Assembly: GCA_016748015.1 (NCBI GenBank)
Contig: JAAOMT010000211.1
Location: forward strand, 116,248 to 180,247
DNA length: 64,000 nt
Reading direction: 5' to 3'
Source: Geosiphon pyriformis uo1
Lineage: Eukaryota; Fungi; Glomeromycota
Shown: positions 38,220 to 51,763 of the stretch, piece after piece
How the letters are laid out: every line of letters starts with the position of its first letter
Position numbering within the stretch: the stretch's first letter is position 1
The notes under the pieces: generated by a model
The model's database searches: none
What the model was told of the DNA's origin: nothing
The model's input: only the letters and a program-made list of their open reading frames with translations
Position numbers and translations under genes: made by a program

Positions 38220-41200
38220 TTTTTATTTATTACACATTTAATAAGTGAAGTCCAACTACTGTCTAGTATACAGAGCCAAACTAAGAGACCCAAACTAAAT
38301 ACAGTTTATGCATTTACTACATGTGGCTAGCCACTCAGACCAAACAAGGCAACACTACACACTTATAATGACACAAGGATTGAAATTCAAACCAGAAAAG
38401 AAAAGACTAGGTCTATGATGATCAAAGCTAACAGAAAACGAACCCGAAACACCAAGTAACCAAACCATGCCATCAGACAACACAGCTGTCTTACAACAGA
38501 ACAAACCTGATATTACCCCATCATCTCCAACTGAACCAACCTTCTCCATGCTCATTTTATAACTAGATCTTATCAGCCAAACCCTACAACAATATATCTC
38601 AGCAATACTTCTTACAAAATTGACAACAATACTAACAGCCAACTTCTTGTTCTTAAGGACTTTTACAGCCTCTGAGCACTAATTACTCATGACAAATCTC
38701 TTACACATAGCTGAATACAAGCTGATATCTAAAGAACAACAACCAAAAAACCACAAAACAGCAGAAGAGGGTGAGACACAAGAACTCATTAAGAAAACCC
38801 AAGATGCAGCAGCTTTAGCAAGAATCTTATTATGGACATTAGTATCTATGGTACAAAAAAACACATGATTAGGCAACTCCACTTCCCTACACAATAAGCA
38901 CAGCACACCAGGGTAATTTTTGTTATACAATCTCTTTTGAACAGCCACAGAAAGATGATGGTGCACTGCTTTCATCAAATAAGACCACAGCACAGAAGAC
39001 TTCCAGCTAGTAGACCCAGTAAGCATGTGTGAATCAGAGTACCATACTCTTAAGGTAGCACTCCAGTCTATATATTCGATCAAACTACTCTGAATCACAT
39101 TATAGTCAGACTCAGTCTCTCAATGCATGCGGCACCTAAACATATCCCTAACAAAATGGTGGGCATTGCCAAACATGACTGAACCTTTAGCAATCAAAAG
39201 CCATTTCCACACCCCAATAGGCAAGGAAAACCGAGAACATGTAGCAGCACCAGTAATAGCATTAGTTTCAACGTTGCCACAAACACCAGAATAACCTTTA
39301 ACTTTTATCCAACTTATGCTCAAATTCTTCTCCCTAACCAAATTAAAAATGTGATGTCTTTTCACCCAGCATAGAACTCAGAAGTCAGGCACCAGAAGAG
39401 ACAACTCGGATACACATGCATCAATAGCAGCTTGGCTGTCAAAATGTATTAATACTGTACTAAAAGAAGGAACACATTCTAATACCAAAGCAACAGCCTG
39501 CAACTCAGTCAAGGTGGAAGACAATAAACCATGGACTCTAACACCAATACTATAGTCAATAGTAGGAAAGTATGCAGCAACACCACCAGTAACACCAGAA
39601 GAGCCATAATCCTTCAACAAACCATCCATATAAATTACAAAAGAACCAGACCATAACTCATGTAAACTACTATGCAAATCAGAAAATTTCTTAGAAGCCA
39701 GAATGTCCAAATCAGAAAGCCAATCAGCCTTGGCCAGACCAGATAACAAAGCACCACCATCATGCAAAAATCTAGATATAATTTCAAACCAATGAGGGAC
39801 AGGCCCTCTTGGGTCGAGCCTCTTTTACCAGCAAAAAGTTTTTTAATCCATCACACAACTCTTCTTATCAAGCAATCTGTCTCCAAAGGCAATACCAAAT
39901 CACTTTAAAGAACAAACAAAACCAAAGTAAAAAGCACTCACCAGTACCAATGACATAGGAAAATTACCAAGACCACAGAAAGCACAAGGCAAATTATTCA
40001 TCAGGGACAGCTTATTACCCAAAAGAATCTTAACCACACCAGCCAAAAAATTGTTCATAAGGCTAACTCACAACTTGACAAAAAACTGCAGGGGATCTAA
40101 AAGAGCCCAATCTAGAACCTGCAAATCCAGGAATCTATGATTAAACAAATGCCCCAAAATGCCCGAAGCATTAGAAAATACAACCACAGTAGCCAATTTG
40201 CTTTTAACCTGTATCTGCTCAAAAGATTTCAGACCATACAATAAGAGATGATACAAAGCAGCATTAAGAAAATCATGAAGGAGACCAGCTTTAAGTTTAA
40301 GGCCCTTTCTGACCAAGGCATCCCACTTGCAGCACACATTTGAAGAAACAAAGCTGAATTGAGTATGGTAGTTGACAATGGGCTGCAAAATGGCTGACAC
40401 CAAATATGAAAATTGCTTGTTTGTGATAGTCTTTCTGAGCACTATATTGACAAAAAAACAAACATCTGAATGAGTTTTGGCCAAACTAGGCTTAGACAAA
40501 CCCTCTGTCGACAAAAAGATTCCCAAATATCTGTGTGTTTTATCTCTTTCGGCAATAGAAATTGGCTGCCCATTAATATTAAGAGAAGTGATCTTAACAC
40601 CTTGATTAATAAGAATGGCCACAGTTTTCTCATTATTGATGGAAATATCATTAATTGTAAAGAATTTACTAGCAATGTTCAAGGCATATTGTATTGATGC
40701 TTGGCAATCCTCAACCCAAATAGTGTTATCAACAAATGTCCCAGCTGCAAAAAAAGAAAACATCCTATCACCACTTTCAACTCTGCCCAATTTAGCCACA
40801 AACTTAGTATCAATCTGGTACTCACATAAATGTTCATGTCTTTTGACTTCACACAATAACAGATCATAAAAAATTCTCTATAGAAGAGGTGAAAAAACCT
40901 CACCCTAATCCAAACCATCATGTACTCTATAACCATTTGAGAGGCCAAAATCAGTCATTACCTTGTTAATCCTATTTTCATGAATACTGCCAAAAAACTT
41001 GATAAACCTGTTACACATCTTGATACGTTGTAAACTGACCTCAAGACGGTGCCAACCAACAGAGTCATATGCCTTACACATATCTTACAAAACCAACCAA
41101 AGTTTCTTATTCTTCTCAAGAACATCTTCAACCCTAATCCAACAGCAAACACTAGAACCTGAGTAGAGATACCCTTTAACACTGAAAAATTGTCACCATG

Positions 41201-44200
41201 GAGAACACCAAACTTGCTGCAAGTAAAAAAAATCTTATCTGAAAGTACTTTGAAGAGAATCTTTCTAGCCATCTCAATTAAAGCAATAGGGTGGGTATTC
41301 ATGAGAATTTCATCCCAATCATAAGGTTTAGGAATCATTGAGATCCATGCTCTTCTTCACAAAACAGGCACTGCACCAACAAAGAGACATTTATTCAATA
41401 GCACCAAAAGGCATTCTGTCACTTTTTTATCACCATGCTTCCAAAGTTTGTTCAAGATGCCAGACAAGCCAGTGGCTTTGCCATTAGGCAGACCACTAAC
41501 AACTGAGAGCAACTCACCCATGCTTATTGCATTTATCATACCAGAAAAAACATTATTTTGAACATAGTCTAAAGGTACATACTGGTGAGCCCAGAGATCA
41601 GGCAGTGCAGAAGGCACCACATGTTTCCTCATCCAACTTTCCATGATCCTGTCAACATTCAATTTCACACCTTTTGGATCCAACATCAGCTCATCATTAA
41701 CCACCAAGTAATCTAATACCACTTTCTGAAAGGGTCTGTCTAAAACATTTCTGATTATACTGTTCTTGTCCAAACAAAACTTCTCCATGCATTTCCCAAT
41801 AGCTGCTCTGATAGAAGCCTCCTGCACTAATTTCAATTCATACATCTTAGACTTCCTGTATTCTTTCCTGACAATTGACAAATACTTAAGAATGTCCATC
41901 AATTTTTGACTAGCATGAATCATGTCTCTTAACACGAGAGCTTTATTAACATCCAAAGTTGACTATTTTTTTACAAGGTGATTGAACCCAAAGGCATCAT
42001 CAGATTCCAATCTTTTAACAATCTTGGTAATTAACAGCTTCAGCCCCAAAAACTTAGAAGACCATTTATTTTTTGAACATTGAAAATCACTGAACCACTG
42101 CCTAGAAAAAATCTCATTCACAAAACCTATCAATGCCCCTTCCAGTAATGACCACATAGCATTCAAATTATGATCTACAGCTGTGACGAGAAACCTATCC
42201 TTCATTACCAGAATTCTTGAGAAAGAGCAATCTCTAAAGTAAGACCATCCAATACTGTCCACATCTTTGATTTTGAATTTTTATTGATCCTTGTTAGCCT
42301 GTTTGTGCAAACTGTTTAACTAAATATCCAGGAGCCCACTCAAACCAACCAACACTGCCACAGTATTATGATCCATATCAAAAAAATCAGAAACAGAACT
42401 GACCCAACGTTCCACAACAGTGGAAGATAGACTCCCACTAACAAAAATGTAATCAATAGTCCTTTCAACACCTCTTGAATTGCACCACGTAGGAGTTTTA
42501 ACTAAATAATAGCCATTGAATGAATTGACCAAATCCAAACTTGAACAGAACTTGAAACTCACACTTCTTCCAGAATTGCACTCATTAAAATCCCCACCCA
42601 ATACCACAAAAGTGCTGGTGTTAACAGCCTTAGCAATGATAAAATTAACTTCAGACACTTGTCTAAGACAGATGCCAGCAGAAACACTAGTATACAAACT
42701 GAGAACAGTTACTGAAATCTTGCTCTTGAACAGAAGCCACACCAAAATAACTTGACTGAGAACTGCCTCAACTTTAGAAATGTAACAAGCCAAAGAATTG
42801 TTCATGACAACAGCAACACCAGCACCAAGATATCCAACATCCAAACCAAAAGTAAAAATCCAAACTCCATCATATTTATTCTTGATCCAAAGCCCAGAGG
42901 AAGACTTCAACTTAGTCTCAGTAATGAAAGAAACCATATTTCCAGAACTTATATGCCAACAAACAACATCCATTTGCTTTGCAGGAACATTGATACTCTG
43001 AACATTGCACATAGCAAATTTCCAAACCAAACCACTCATTGAGATGAAAAAAGTAATAGGGAACCAGAACCAGAACACAAATGATCCAATCTGATTAACA
43101 CCAAACTAATTGAAGCTTCCAAAGATGTCAACTTTGATTTCAATCTACTCACCTTGGTGGTTAAAATCTTGGAGCTACTTGAACTGAAACCAGAAGTACT
43201 ATTGACAACAGCAGAGAAAGAAGAAGCAGAAGGCTCTGATGCACTATCCAAAATCATATCTGAATAAGATTCCAGAGCCAAAAATATAGAAACAGTCAAA
43301 GAAAGCTTATGAGAAACAGACAGCAAAAACATTAAATCTACAAAGCTTAACTTTCTCATTATATCAGAAACCTGATTGGACAAAAGCTTCAAAGACCATT
43401 CCACAGATGCCAAGCAATTAAACAAACCAGAAACACTATAAGGATTGACACTGTTAAAAGAGGACTCAGCACCAAGAGAAAATTTAGCACCAAGAGATGA
43501 ACCAGCACTTAAAGAAGATAAAGAACCCAAAAGAAAAAAGAAATCATCTGCAACTTGAGTCTAAGTTTTGCCACCAAAAGAAGTTGGACAAATAATAGGC
43601 ACCTGCTTTTTTTTATAAATGTTGGCCAGGCAAACCCAATCATAATCAGTCACCACCTGTTTCCCACAAACTCCAGAATTCTCACCAATTGAACACACAT
43701 TAGAAACATGACCAAATTGTTTACATTTGGCACAACAAGCCAGAGAAAGACCAGCTCATCACAAATTCACATCCTTAAAAACTAAAACAGAACCAATAGC
43801 AGCCAATTTAGATGCCTCATTATTAAAACACACTATTGCACATCTATCACGTACATATGAACTGGGATTACGGCCAATGAAGCAAGTTTTTCCACCATAT
43901 AATTCCAACAAATTAGAAAGATTATAAGCTGTTATACCAACAGAAAGAGTATAAAGCAATGCCTAATGTAGATCCCTAGAAACCCATGATTGCTTATCAT
44001 CAATGGCTTTTACCACACAGACAGAATCTTTTTCTATAAAGATAGACCACTTAGCTGCAACCAAATCAGCTATTTTAGATGACTCAAATTCTACCAAAGT
44101 TTTTTGCCACAGACCAATCAGTTGCATTTTAATTGATACAACCTTTCTAAACTTAGAAAAAACAGATTCTACAGCCAATTTGGGAAGATCAACTGGAATC

Positions 44201-45114
44201 TCCTTAACAACAATTTCCTTATCCAAATGACTACTAATCTTTTTGAGAGTATTATTTACTGCAATTTTCTCACAAATTGCCAATTCTTTTGCCTTATTTA
44301 TGCTAGATTCAGAAGTAAATGAAGATTTGATGATCCCTGAGAATTTTAAGGAAGTAGAAGCTCCCCCAAACCCATCTACATGATAGAAAATTTTTTTTAT
44401 ACAAATCAACTTATCACCAACTGTCTTATCAGAAACAGCCAAAAGTTCAATATCAAGTACAAAAGATTTCGATGAATTGAAGCTCTATTTCTTTGGGGCA
44501 TGTGATTCGAGTAGCAGCAGCTTATTGGATCCCAAAACTATGTGAGGAGGAAGAACCATTTCATCATTGTTGTCATCACTCAAACAGTTGAATGAAGATT
44601 GCTTTGGTGGGTTTCTCAACACATATATTTGAGTGTGAGTTTTTCTTGGTGTAGTTTCATCCATATTATCATCCTCACTTGACTCTACATAGCTGGTCTT
44701 TTCGGCTATCATGTTTGCCATATTTTCAACATCTGAGATTTCACCCACACTGCTAGTGATACTGCCAACTTCGCTGCCCCAAGATACCACAGACTTGATG
44801 CCAGCACTACCAATATCTTTTAAGCTCAGAGGTCCTGCAGATGAGTCAACTACATTGCCAGTCACACTCTTCTTCAGTTTTTTGTATGATGCACTATGGG
44901 AGTAGATGGTATCTAATTGATTCTTTTTAGCATTTAGATGGGTCCCCAAACCAGCTGAAACCAAGCCAGAACCACCAGCAGACAAGCCTACTGGTTCCAT
45001 CATAACGAAAAAAATTGTGTTAGAAGAAATAACTTAAATAAACTGAGAGAAAAAAAATAAAGCAAAGCAATTTCTTCCAAAAATTCTTTCGCTTTCATAA
45101 TGGCCAGAGGATCC
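38220..45114 (-). mobile_element. Full-length LINE copy B (ORF1 43036-45003; ORF2 38355-43039: APE-RT-RNase H-CCHC), inactivated
   Basis: APE (TETKL, LGGDFN, IDYIF, DMDH); RT (MIPKPYDW, AGTFVDNTIW, HRYLGIFL); RNase H (YMDG, ELQAV, DSQAAIDA, KVKGYSG..GN); CLLCREVELPNHVFFC. 3' UTR and A-rich tail at 38220-38354. Candidate TSD ATTTAATTT at 38211-38219 and 45115-45123. Confidence 0.95.
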
Positions 45115-45789
45115 ATTTAATTTGTTTTTTAGATTTAATTTAAATAATATATTTTTTTTTAAATTGTGTTTTTTAAATTATTATTTATTATTATTTTATT
45201 ATCTTATAAAAAATTCAATTTTTATTACAAATAATTACATGATTAAAAAGTTTACAATTAAAATTTTTTGTAAAAAAATTAATTTTTATTAAAAAATAGC
45301 TATTAAAATTTACTAATATAAAGTTATTTATTTTATTATAAAAAACAATAAAATATTTTTAAATAAAAAAACCATTATTAAAAATTTAACAGTTTTTATT
45401 AACAATAAAAATCAATATTAAAATAATATTAATAATATTGTTTAAACAATAATAAAATAATAAAATTAAAAAAATATTATTTTTAATATAAAATTTGTTA
45501 GTATTAATTTATTATAACAGTATTAATTACAATATTAAACTTTTTTGTTTTAAATAATAACAATAATAATATGTTAATTAAAATTAATTTAAATTGGTAT
45601 TTAGTTATATTGTTTAATATAATAAATTTTAATTAATTATATTAGTCTTAAATTATGCTTTAATATATAATAACACTATTAAATTATTTAATTACAAGGA
45701 TTAAATTAATAAAATAAAATTAAACCACTTTTTTTATAATATTTAAAAATTTATTATTAATTAATAAAAATTTTTAAATAAATAATTTT

Positions 45790-47700
45790 TAAATAAAAAA
45801 ATTCTTTGTTTTCTTAATTTTATGATTATAATTAGAGTAAAAAAGCTATACTTGATTTTTTTTATTTTTGGCTGGTTTTTTATCAATTAAAATTCTCTTT
45901 AAAAAACATATTTGGACCAATTTTAGTATTGTCTTTATTCTTATCAAAAGCTCAAAAATTTTTAATAATAGGTTAGGTAATAAGCTGGTTTTCCTAATTA
46001 TTGCTGTTATACTTGGTATTACTAGTATTATTTCTTTAAAAATAGTCAAAAAGACCAAAAATTTCAAAAAGTAAAAATATTTACTTATTTTTGCTATTGT
46101 TATATTAAACTTTTTTGTAATTTTAAATGAAATTTTATTAAAATTTCTATTGTATTATTTAGCATATTATACAAGATAGACTAAGATTAACTATTAGTTA
46201 TATTGTTAAATATGATATTTTTTAACAGATTTTTATTGATTTAGAAGTTAGATAAAAGTTTTTTACTGAATTATTTATTTTTAAAAACTAAACTAATCAA
46301 ATAAAAATTAAATTATTTTTTTTGGTTTTTAATGCTGTTATTAGTAACACTTAAGAAACTATTGCTAATTATTAAAAGTTTGCTAAGTAAATAGTCTCTA
46401 TTTTGGTGTTTAATACAACTTTTAAGATTAAATTGGCTTATTTTAAGACTGTTTTTTAGTCTATACATGGTTTTTTAAATAAAAAATCAATTATAAAAAA
46501 CAATATAAAGCTTTTCTGTATAGAATTTGCTTTTTAACAATCTTTAAAAACTATAATTTTGGTTGAATTTAAGAGTTTTGTTTATTTGATTACTTTTAAG
46601 ATTGCCAAATTTTTAGTGGTTTTTAAGTTTGGTTTTTTTTCTGTTGTTATTATATTGTATAATATGCTTTTGGATGTATTTGTTATTAATATTAAAATAA
46701 TATTTGGTGTATTTAAGAAAATTATTTATATTATACTAAAATTTGTTGGTAATTAAATTTGTTTTATTCTTACTTATTTAATTTTGGTTATCATTCTTAA
46801 TTTGCTCTGATTATATTTGATTTACAGAATAATTTAGATATTATTATTATTAATTTGTACTTTAAAAAAATATTGTATTTAGTAAAAAACTTCTAGATAT
46901 CAATGCTGTTTTAGATACTAAAACTTAGATTATTTGGCTGTTAATTATAAAATGTTTTTATTTTTTTTTTAGAATTTCTAAGATATTTATATTTTATTTT
47001 GTCAGTATTAATTTTTATGTTAAAATTGTTATATTTGTATTATTTCTAATTTCTATATTTTTGGTTAGCTTTGTTTTTTTACTGCAGTTATAGTTAATAA
47101 TTCTATAATATTTTTTTGGTTAATCTCTCTAAAAGCTAATTTGGCCAAACTTTTTGTATTGGTTAAGTTTATTATTAAGTTTATTGGTTCTTTAATTACT
47201 GTGTTTAAACAATTTATTAATGATAATTTGGTTTTAAATAAAGTATTTGATATTAAAATTAATAAAGTTATAGTATATATAAGTGTTTTTAGTAAAGCTA
47301 TTAATAAGCTAAAGCATAAGATAATTATTTTAAAAACTGAATAAAACTATAAAAATATTAATATAATTGGTCTTCAAATGGGTTTGTTTACAATAAATAA
47401 TAATATATTTTCTAATTTAATGTTGCTTTAAAAATACAAATTAGTTGTTATAAAATTTAATATATTAAAAACAGCTAAATAACTGGTTGAAATAATTAAT
47501 AATAGTGCTATATTGTTTAAAATGTTTAAAAAATGTCTTTTTTGAATAAGTTTTTTTTAATAGCATTAATATAATATAGTCTAAGTTAGCTTAGATAACT
47601 AGTTATATATAAAAAACATATAAACTGTATTTAGCTTAGTTTGTATCTAATATTTAGATAATAATTGGGTTATATTCATTAAACACATAATAAAAAAAAT
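45790..47700 (+). mobile_element. Decayed ORF1-only non-LTR element ending in the LINE 3' UTR (HAL1-like)
   Basis: Relic RRM-like segment 46640-46760, relic CCHC knuckle 46901-46954 and coiled-coil-like segment 47100-47345. Then 47575-47700 aligns to the LINE 3' UTR plus A tail, leaving no room for ORF2. Confidence 0.6.
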
Positions 47701-48049
47701 TATTTTAGTACTTTATATTATCATAAATTTATATTAAAACTATATTTTAATTTTTATATATTTATTAATTTAAAATTAGTTTTTGAAAACAATATTAAGC
47801 TTTTTTATATAAAATTTACATTTTATGTTTTTTTTAAATATTATTATCAAAATTAAATTTTATAAATTTTTGGATTTTAAAACTATTTTTATTATTTTTA
47901 ATAAGACTTTAAAAAAATCAAGTTAATTTTTTTTATTTAATATCTAATTTATAAAAGTTAAGTTTAAATTATAAATATTTTAACTCAAAATTTTATAACT
48001 TAACTTAAATTATTAAGAAAAAACTCTTTTTTTTGTTAATTATCTGATT

Positions 48050-48434
48050 ATAATAAAAGCATAAAATAGTCGAAAAAATACAATTCTTTTTCCTTCTTTT
48101 TTTTTCTGTTTTTGCAGTTATTTTTTTTATTACATTCTTATTTATTGCTATAAAACTAGTAGGTTTGTCTGTTAATAGTTCTAGTTTTAATTTAGCTAGA
48201 TTGGAGATTTGGTTTAGCACTAAAAAAAAATAAAAGTTAAAAGTATTTATTCTTGTGGTTTTTTATACAAGAAACTTAAAAAACCTAAAGTTACTAATAG
48301 TATAATAAAATTGTTGGCTGGCTTTTTATCTGTTAATATATTATATACTGAAGAAAATAGACACAAAAAATCTTAAATAGTAAAGTGGATAGCAAAGAAA
48401 CCAATATTAGTAAAGTGTCAGATATTAAAAACAG
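48050..48434 (+). mobile_element. Decayed 5' fragment of a copy-B-like LINE (5' UTR + ORF1 N-terminus)
   Basis: From ~48150 reads IKLVGLSVNSSSFNLARL...SIYSCGFLYKKLKK, versus copy B MEPVGLSAGGSGLVSAGL...TIYSHSASYKKLKK. Confidence 0.65.
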
Positions 48435-51400
48435 GAACAAAATCCTAAAAATCTAGTCTTTTTCAATGTTTAAAAATTTTTCAATTAAAAATAACATATT
48501 TTTTATTATATAATCATTTGACAAAAACAGTATCAAACTGTTTAAATAAGTAAAACACTTCAAAAAATACAAATCTATTTAAAACAGTTAATATTAAAAT
48601 TTCTTTTCAAAATCAAAATACTAAATACAAAAAATTAATTAAAAATAAATTATAATCATAAAAAATATAAATCACATCAGCCAAAAAATTGTTTAATAGA
48701 CAAATTTTCAGATAGACTGGATAATACAAAAAATAATAAAGGAATTAACTCAAAATCTATAAGTTAAGAAACCTATAAGTAAACAGATAGTTCAGACTAT
48801 TATATATATTAAAAAAATTTAACATAGAAGCTAATTTGCTTTTAGCTTACACTTGTTTAAAAATTTTTAAGTTATAAAATAAAAAATAATAAATTATATT
48901 ATTTGAAAAGTTTAAAAATAAACAAAACTTAAATTTTAAGTCTTTATAAATCATAATGTTCTATTTAATGCATATTCTATTAAAAACAAAACTAAATTGA
49001 ATTTTGTAACTAATAATCAAATAGAATACTGCTAAAATTAAATACAAAACTGTTTGTTAAAAATAGTTTTTCTTAAAACTTTATTAACAAAAAATCTAAT
49101 ATTTAAATAAAACTAGACTTAAACAAACTCTTTATTAAAAAAAATACATAAATATTTATAAATTTTTTTTTGTTTAGCCATTAAAATTGGCAAACCATTA
49201 ATTAATAAAAAAAAATTACTATTTTGCAATTAATTAAAATAGTTACAGTTTTATTATTATTAATTAAAATATTATTGATTTAAAAAACCCATTTACAATA
49301 TTCAAAATATATTGAATTGTTGCCTAATTGTTGTCTATTCAAATAGTATTAACAAACACACCAATAACAAAAAAAGATATAAAACCAGCTTAATTTTTTA
49401 CACATTTTATCTTAGCTTTAAACTTAGAATTAATTTTATATTTATATATATTCTCTTGTTTTTTAATTTTACACAAAAAAAATCATAAAAAATATGCCAA
49501 AAAAAAAAACACTTTACTTTAATCTAATTTATTATATACTCAATATTTATTTGTTAAATTAAAACTAGTTATAACTCAATTAACATAATTATTATAAATA
49601 TTGCCAAAAAATTTAATGAATTTGTTATATATCTTAATATAAATTAAATTATTTCTTAAATTTATTTAATTTATTAAATCATATGCTTTTTGCATATTTT
49701 ATAGTATCAATCAAAGTTTATGATTTTTTTTAAAGCATTTTTTATTATTAAGTCAATAGCAAAGATTGAAAATTATGTAGTCATTCTCTTTAAAACTAAA
49801 AAATTGTTATTTTAAAGCATATTATACTTATTACAAACCAAAAAAATTCTATTTGACAACACTTTGAAAATTTTTTTTTGAGCAGTCTTAATTAATACAA
49901 TAGATTTTGTATTAGTTAAAATCTTTTTTTACTTATATGACTTAGAAATTATTAATACTCAAGCTTTTTTTCAAAACTAAAAAACTGATTTATGTATCAA
50001 AAAATTATTAAAAAGATTTAACAAAAGATTCAAAATTGAAAAATCACAATGTTTTCAAAGTTTGTTAAATATTTTAAACAAATTAAAGATTTTTCTATTT
50101 GACAAATTCAATATAATTTTTAGCATCTTATTAAAACCAATTTTGTTCATAATATTAGAAAAAATATTATTTATTATATAGATTAAAAGCAAATATTATT
50201 AATACTAAATAGTTGAAACAACTTCTGTTATTGCTTACTTTTTTGTTTAATTTTTTATGATTAAATTCATTTGGAATTTGATCTTATCAAGTTCTAAAAT
50301 CAAGTTTTCTTTATTTACTAAATGATCTAAAACCACTTTGCAAAAAAATATTTTAAAATATTTTTAATAATATGGTCTTTGTTAATTTCAAAACTCTCTA
50401 TTTTCTTATTAATAATAGCATAAATTTTTACAATTTTAGTATATTAAGACTCAATAAGCTTGAATGCATAATACAACTTCTTAACATTAATTAATTTAGA
50501 TCTAATTGTATTTAAATTAGTATTAAATGCCAAAAAATCTTATGTACTATATTCACATTAAACATTAAATAACAATCAATAAACAATTAAGTCATTTAAC
50601 TTATAACTAAAACCCAAATATAAAGTCTAAACAATTTTAAACATTAGAATTTTCAACTTATAAAACCAAAATGAAACTTTAGTAAAAATACTATTGAAAT
50701 TTTTATTTCAAGATTTAAAAAAAACTTGGCTGAAAAACTGACAATTTTTTTAATAGTATTCTATATAGAATTTAAATCAGAAAGTTCTTTTAAAAAACCA
50801 AAATTTTTACCAAATACAATAATATTTGCTAATATAGTATTCTTAAATTGGGTTTATTTAGTTATTTTAACCTTTCTAAAATTGTATTTTTATTAATTTT
50901 TGTTAATCTGTTTGCAAAAACCACTTAAATACTTTCCAAAATATTACTTAAATTAATTAAAACAAAGACAAAAAAGTAATCTATATTAAAAAAATCAACT
51001 ATACTTAAAACTTTCTTGTTAATATAAGCATTAGTCAAATTAAGTAACATAAAAATATAATCAATTGTTTTTTTAATCTCTTGTAAATTTTTTTAAATAA
51101 AAATTTTTACAAATAGATTTTTAAACAAAAAGTTAATTAATTTAAAATTCATATACTTTTTGAAATTAGTGCTATATTTAATACTATTCTTATTAAAATT
51201 ACCATTTAAAACAACAAAAGTATTCTTATTATATGCTTTAATAATGACAAAGTTAACAATAAATATTAGGTTTAAATGTTTTTTAAAAAATATACTTATA
51301 TAAAACTTTAATACTAAAACTAATTATTTGTTTTTAAATAACAAATAAATCAACAAGAGTCTATTAAAAATCTCTGAAACTTTTGAAACATGTCAAACCA

Positions 51401-51750
51401 AATAATTATTTATAATAATTATAATATTACCACCTATATAATTAGAATTCAAACCAAAAATAAAAACTTTAACTCTACTAAACTTATTTGCAATCTAAAA
51501 TTTAATATTAGAATATAATTTTGCTTTAATAATATTAAAATATTATTTTTAAATTTTTTATATTATTTAAAAATATTCTTTTGTTTAGCAAATTGTTTAT
51601 TTTTTTAAAATTATATGTAGCAATTTTTTAGACAAAACTAATTATTAAGACATTAAAGAAAAAAAAATGTTATAAACCAAAGTTAAATTATTAAACTTAA
51701 TTAATAAATTTATAATTAAGCTAAAAAAAAACTCTTTAATTGTATTTTTA
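48435..51750 (-). mobile_element. LINE copy D: extremely decayed ORF2 (APE-RT) with ORF1/ORF2 junction
   Basis: Colinear by eye with the younger copies: 48435-48560 with 39795-39915; 49590-49740 with 40980-41120; 51300-51660 with 2175-2525. Differences are mostly C>T/G>A. Confidence 0.75.
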
Positions 51751-51763
51751 ATTAAAAAAAAAA

